From the IMG/VR virus record IMGVR_UViG_3300011336_000054, positions 1 to 30,854 of that record: DNA of 30,854 nt; one strand, 5' to 3'. How positions within the stretch are numbered: position 1 is the stretch's first letter; each line of letters begins with the position of its first letter. A program made the translations under genes and the position numbers. This document shows positions 27,487 through 30,854 of this stretch, piece by piece. Origin of the DNA: a virus (Duplodnaviria > Caudoviricetes). The notes beneath the pieces were generated by a model. It had not been told where the DNA came from and did not search any database. It saw only the letters and a list, made by a program, of their open reading frames with translations.

Positions 27487-27747
27487 ATGGCTGTAGGTAG
27501 ACCAGCTAGTCCAAAGTCAAAATACTTTCAACGCATTTTGAAACCCGCAGAAAAAAAGATTTTGGTTCACGCAGGCCGAGGCGATATGTCCGCTGGCTTT
27601 CATCATCTACTCGAAGTCTATTCATTTTTATGGACTCAAGGTTTTAGACCGCATAAGAGCCTTGATTGCTTGAGGGTAGGCAATGGTACGAATGAAGCGC
27701 ATGAGAGCGTTGTAGAGGGTTTTGATGCGTCTGAACGGCATTCCTGA
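27487..27747 (+). CDS. Hypothetical protein, possibly DNA-binding
   Basis: MAVGRPASPKSKYFQRIL...; basic N-terminus. Confidence 0.55.
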   Translation: MAVGRPASPKSKYFQRILKPAEKKILVHAGRGDMSAGFHHLLEVYSFLWTQGFRPHKSLDCLRVGNGTNEAHESVVEGFDASERHS

Positions 27748-27890
27748 ACTGGTTGGATGGTTTGGGTTTTCCTCATAAATTTTTGGGTTATAACAAAATG
27801 CTATAACTGGTTGTCAGGTATGCGTGGAATGCACCCTCCGCCTCTTTCCCTTTTTTCTCCGCCCCCCGATTCAAACCAATCCGAAACCAG

Positions 27891-27979
27891 TTATCCACAA
27901 GGGTCTTGTTCAACTTGTCCACAGTTTCCTGTGGATAACTCGTTGGGTACAAACAAAGTATTCAAATATCTGTGGATAT
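27891..27979. promoter_or_regulatory. Cluster of four DnaA-box-like 9-mers
   Basis: TTATCCACA 27891, TTGTCCACA 27915, TGTGGATAA 27930, TGTGGATAT 27971. Confidence 0.75.
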
Positions 27980-27989
27980 CTTTGCGTCA

Positions 27990-28017
27990 ACTTAACATAA
28001 TGGAGGTTGTATAAAGT
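27990..28017 (-). other. dif-like XerC/XerD recombination site
   Basis: Minus strand ACTTTATACAA-CCTCCA-TTATGTTAAGT (11-6-11); XerD arm matches E. coli TTATGTTAAAT at 10/11. Confidence 0.75.
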
Positions 28018-28162
28018 AAAATCGGGAAAACCCTTGGTTTTGGGCTGTTTTGCATGGGGGGGGAGGGGGTCGGCCTCGCTGTGATAATTGTGGGAGCCAC
28101 CCCCCCACGCAAAAAGCAAAATGGACTACAATTGCCAAACCCAGCTTCCCGAAAGGAAAAAA

Positions 28163-28594
28163 GTGGAATTTACCCCTGCAACCAAAGAAACGCAACAAAC
28201 GCAAGAAACGCAACAAACGCAACAAACCCCTGCCAAGAAGGGGCGTGGTCGTCCCAAGGGTTCGGTGAAGATGACGATACAGCGCTATGCGAACAACCCA
28301 CCCAAGGTTTTGCCTAAGACTGACCAGCAGCGCCTTAAGGAGTTGAAGGAGCTGATGATCCGATCTGGCGGCAAGGATGTAGCGCAGAAGGTAATTGAGA
28401 TAGCGCTCAACGATGAGCACCCTGGCCAGATGGCAGCGCTCAAGATGTGTTTGGACCGGACACTGCCAATCAGTATGTTTGAGAAGGACAAAGGCCAGAG
28501 GTCAGCAGTGACAATCAACATCACTGGTTTGGGTGAGCCAACAGTCATAGATACCAACCCTGATGCAGAAGACATAGAGGCTAAGTATGGCTGA
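28163..28594 (+). CDS. Terminase small subunit (putative)
   Basis: GTG start behind SD aaagga; AT-hook KKGRGRPKGS; 'AALKMCLDR'; overlaps terL. Confidence 0.75.
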   Translation: MEFTPATKETQQTQETQQTQQTPAKKGRGRPKGSVKMTIQRYANNPPKVLPKTDQQRLKELKELMIRSGGKDVAQKVIEIALNDEHPGQMAALKMCLDRTLPISMFEKDKGQRSAVTINITGLGEPTVIDTNPDAEDIEAKYG

Positions 28595-29846
28595 TCTTAA
28601 TTTCCAACTATTACCTTGGCAGCAGATTGTTTTCAAAGACCCCGCCCGATTCAAAGTGGTTGCCGCAGGTCGTAGGTGTGGAAAGTCTCGATTAGCCGCC
28701 ACAACCTTATTGATTGAGGGATTGCGTTGCCCTCCTGGTTCGGCAGTCTTGTATGTCTCGCCAACAATGGGGCAGTCCCGTCAAATCGTCTGGGACTTAT
28801 TGCTAGACCTTGGCAGAGAGGTTATCCAAGGAAGCCATGTGAACAACCTAGACATTACCCTGATCAACGGGGCTAGGATTTACGTTCGTGGTGCTGACAG
28901 ACCAGATACCCTTCGTGGTGTCTCTCTAACCTATGCCGTACTGGATGAGGTAGCCGACATCAAACCAGAGGCGTGGGAACAAGTCATCCGTGCCAGTTTG
29001 TCTGATAAACGGGGTAGAGCACTCTTTATCGGTACGCCAAAGGGGAGAAACTGGTTCTACGATACCTTTAAGTTGGGTGAGTCAGAGGATGACCCTGATT
29101 GGAAGTCATGGCACTTCACGACTGCTGATAACCCCTTGATTGACCAAAAAGAGATAGAAAGTGCTAAAAAAACTCTATCTACCTTTGCTTTCAAACAAGA
29201 GTACATGGCTTCGTTCACCAATGCGGGTTCTGACATTTTCAAGGAAGAGTGGATCAAATATGGGGTGAGTCCTGAACATGGGAGCTACTTTATTGCTGTT
29301 GACTTGGCGGGGTTCGAGGAAGTTGCCAAACAAGCCGCCAATGCTAAGAAGCGTCTGGACGAGTCTGCTATCTCGATTGTGAAGGTGACAGACGATGGGA
29401 AGTGGTTTGTTGAGAAGATTGAGCATGGGAGATGGGATATTAGAGAGACCGCTTCCAAGATTCTGATAGCCATTAGGGACTACCGACCCCTTAGTGTGGG
29501 GATAGAGAGGGGGGCGTTAAAGAACGCTGTTTTGCCCTATCTAAGCGACCTTATGAGAAAGAACAACACCTTTGCCCATATCGTAGATTTGACCCACGGG
29601 AATAGAAAAAAAGCAGACAGAATCATCTGGGCTTTACAAGGTAGGTTCGAGCATGGCAGAATTGTGTTAAATTCGGAAGAAGATTGGGATGAGTTCGTAG
29701 ACCAGTTAATCTTGTTCCCTGCACAAGGGGTTCACGATGACTTGCCAGACTCCCTTAGTTACATTGACCAACTTGCAGTCACGTCTTATATGGAAGAAGA
29801 TGACTCCGAGGAATGGGAACCGATAGATATTATTTCAGGGGTATAA
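28587..29846 (+). CDS. terL: Terminase large subunit
   Basis: AGRRCGKS Walker A, VLDE Walker B, GTPKG coupling motif, AVDLA and HDDLPD nuclease motifs. Confidence 0.96.
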   Translation: MADLNFQLLPWQQIVFKDPARFKVVAAGRRCGKSRLAATTLLIEGLRCPPGSAVLYVSPTMGQSRQIVWDLLLDLGREVIQGSHVNNLDITLINGARIYVRGADRPDTLRGVSLTYAVLDEVADIKPEAWEQVIRASLSDKRGRALFIGTPKGRNWFYDTFKLGESEDDPDWKSWHFTTADNPLIDQKEIESAKKTLSTFAFKQEYMASFTNAGSDIFKEEWIKYGVSPEHGSYFIAVDLAGFEEVAKQAANAKKRLDESAISIVKVTDDGKWFVEKIEHGRWDIRETASKILIAIRDYRPLSVGIERGALKNAVLPYLSDLMRKNNTFAHIVDLTHGNRKKADRIIWALQGRFEHGRIVLNSEEDWDEFVDQLILFPAQGVHDDLPDSLSYIDQLAVTSYMEEDDSEEWEPIDIISGV

Positions 29847-29848
29847 GA

Positions 29849-30854
29849 ATGGAATTCCAAGAACCTAGCGACTCAGACAAAGAAATAGTTAACTTTGTTG
29901 TTAACCATTGTGATCGTTGGAGGGATTGGCGAGATGTTAACTGTCTTGATGATTGGCTAGAATATGAGCGCATCTTCAATGGTGAGTGGGATGCCCAAGA
30001 CAAAACTAGGGATTCCGAGAGAAGCCGAATCGTTACTCCCGCTACCCAACAAGCCGTAGAGACACGCCATGCCGAGATCATGGAAGCCATCTTTGGTCAG
30101 GGTGAGTTCTTTGATATCCAAGATGATATTCGTGATGTCAACGGAAGCCCCCTCGATGTTGCTGCCATCAAAGCACAACTCATGGAAGACTTCAAAGTAG
30201 ACAAGATCAGGAAGTCTATTGACCAGATTGAGTTGTTGGCTGAGATTTATGGCACAGGCATTGGTGAGATTGTTGTTAAAACAGAGAAAGTCTTTGTTCC
30301 CGCTACTCAGGCAATCCCTGGTCAAATGGGACAAGCCGCTATTGGAGTGGTAGAACAAGACCGCATTGCAGTCAAGATTGTTCCTGTAAACCCCCGTAAC
30401 TTCCTGTTTGACCCCAATGGAACGTCTATTGATGACTGTATGGGTGTGGCTATTGAGAAGTACGTCTCCATCCACAAGATTGTCAAAGGTCAAGAAGATG
30501 GCATTTACCGCAAGGTCAAGGTTGGTACTGATTCAATGGATACAGACTTAGAGCCTACCCAAGAGGTATCTCAGTACGAAGATGACAAGGTAAAACTGCT
30601 TACTTACTATGGATTAGTCCCCCGTGAGTACCTAGAGCAGTTGGAAAACGAAGAGGGTGAGGTGGAGGATTTCTTTCCTGAAGACTCTACCCAAGACGAG
30701 TATTCCGATTTGGTCGAAGCAATTGTGGTGATTGCCAATGATGGAACGCTTCTCAAAGCAGAAGCCAATCCATACATGATGAAGGATAGACCGATTCTTG
30801 CTTATCAGGACGATACAGTTCCTAATCGCTTGTTGGGTCGTGGTACTGTTGAGA
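29849..30854 (+). CDS. Portal protein (partial, runs off the window)
   Basis: ATG 29849 MEFQEPSDSDKEIVNFV...SERSRIVTPATQQAVE...NFLFDPN; directly follows terL. Confidence 0.85.
   Translation, partial: MEFQEPSDSDKEIVNFVVNHCDRWRDWRDVNCLDDWLEYERIFNGEWDAQDKTRDSERSRIVTPATQQAVETRHAEIMEAIFGQGEFFDIQDDIRDVNGSPLDVAAIKAQLMEDFKVDKIRKSIDQIELLAEIYGTGIGEIVVKTEKVFVPATQAIPGQMGQAAIGVVEQDRIAVKIVPVNPRNFLFDPNGTSIDDCMGVAIEKYVSIHKIVKGQEDGIYRKVKVGTDSMDTDLEPTQEVSQYEDDKVKLLTYYGLVPREYLEQLENEEGEVEDFFPEDSTQDEYSDLVEAIVVIANDGTLLKAEANPYMMKDRPILAYQDDTVPNRLLGRGTVE

Larger units (their letters stand above)
1..30854. mobile_element. Tailed dsDNA bacteriophage (podovirus-like), nearly complete permuted genome
   Basis: Continuous phage gene set (terS, terL, portal, scaffold, capsid, tail, ejection, lysis, replication). 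No host housekeeping genes. Confidence 0.97.

Noticed and set aside
28060-28067. KOPS (GGGNAGGG) serving the dif-like site
   Set aside because: Single copy inside a G-run, pointing away from the site.
27757-28119. ORFs 27757-28014(+) and 27910-28119(-)
   Set aside because: No protein-like features; the region is better explained by DNA sites.

Overview
The window is nearly a whole circularly permuted genome of a tailed dsDNA phage with podovirus-like organisation. It starts just upstream of the scaffold gene and ends inside the portal gene. The + strand late operon runs scaffold, major capsid, decoration protein, a cluster of tiny Lys-rich proteins, tail tubular proteins A and B, a tail fibre with an S74 chaperone, three large ejection proteins, and a lysis cassette. 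A convergent - strand early operon (18463-24439) encodes an SF2 helicase, a Cas4-like nuclease, a DUF669 SSB-like protein and a Sak4-like ATPase. A divergent promoter/operator region precedes a Cro-like gene, a primase-helicase, a RusA-like resolvase, the terminase subunits and the portal. No integrase, CI repressor, DNA polymerase or tRNA is recognisable. The most notable signals are: (1) a block upstream of terS with clustered DnaA boxes beside an XerC/XerD dif-like site; (2) a lysis cassette resembling T4 T/RI/RIII lysis inhibition plus a second holin; (3) an H-type pseudoknot between two in-frame tail genes; (4) an in-frame TAA near the start of an ejection gene; (5) a helically phased GTACCGAA iteron array with a 22-bp palindrome; (6) a UUCG/E-loop RNA terminator-like element. 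All protein calls come from motif recognition and synteny, not database searches.
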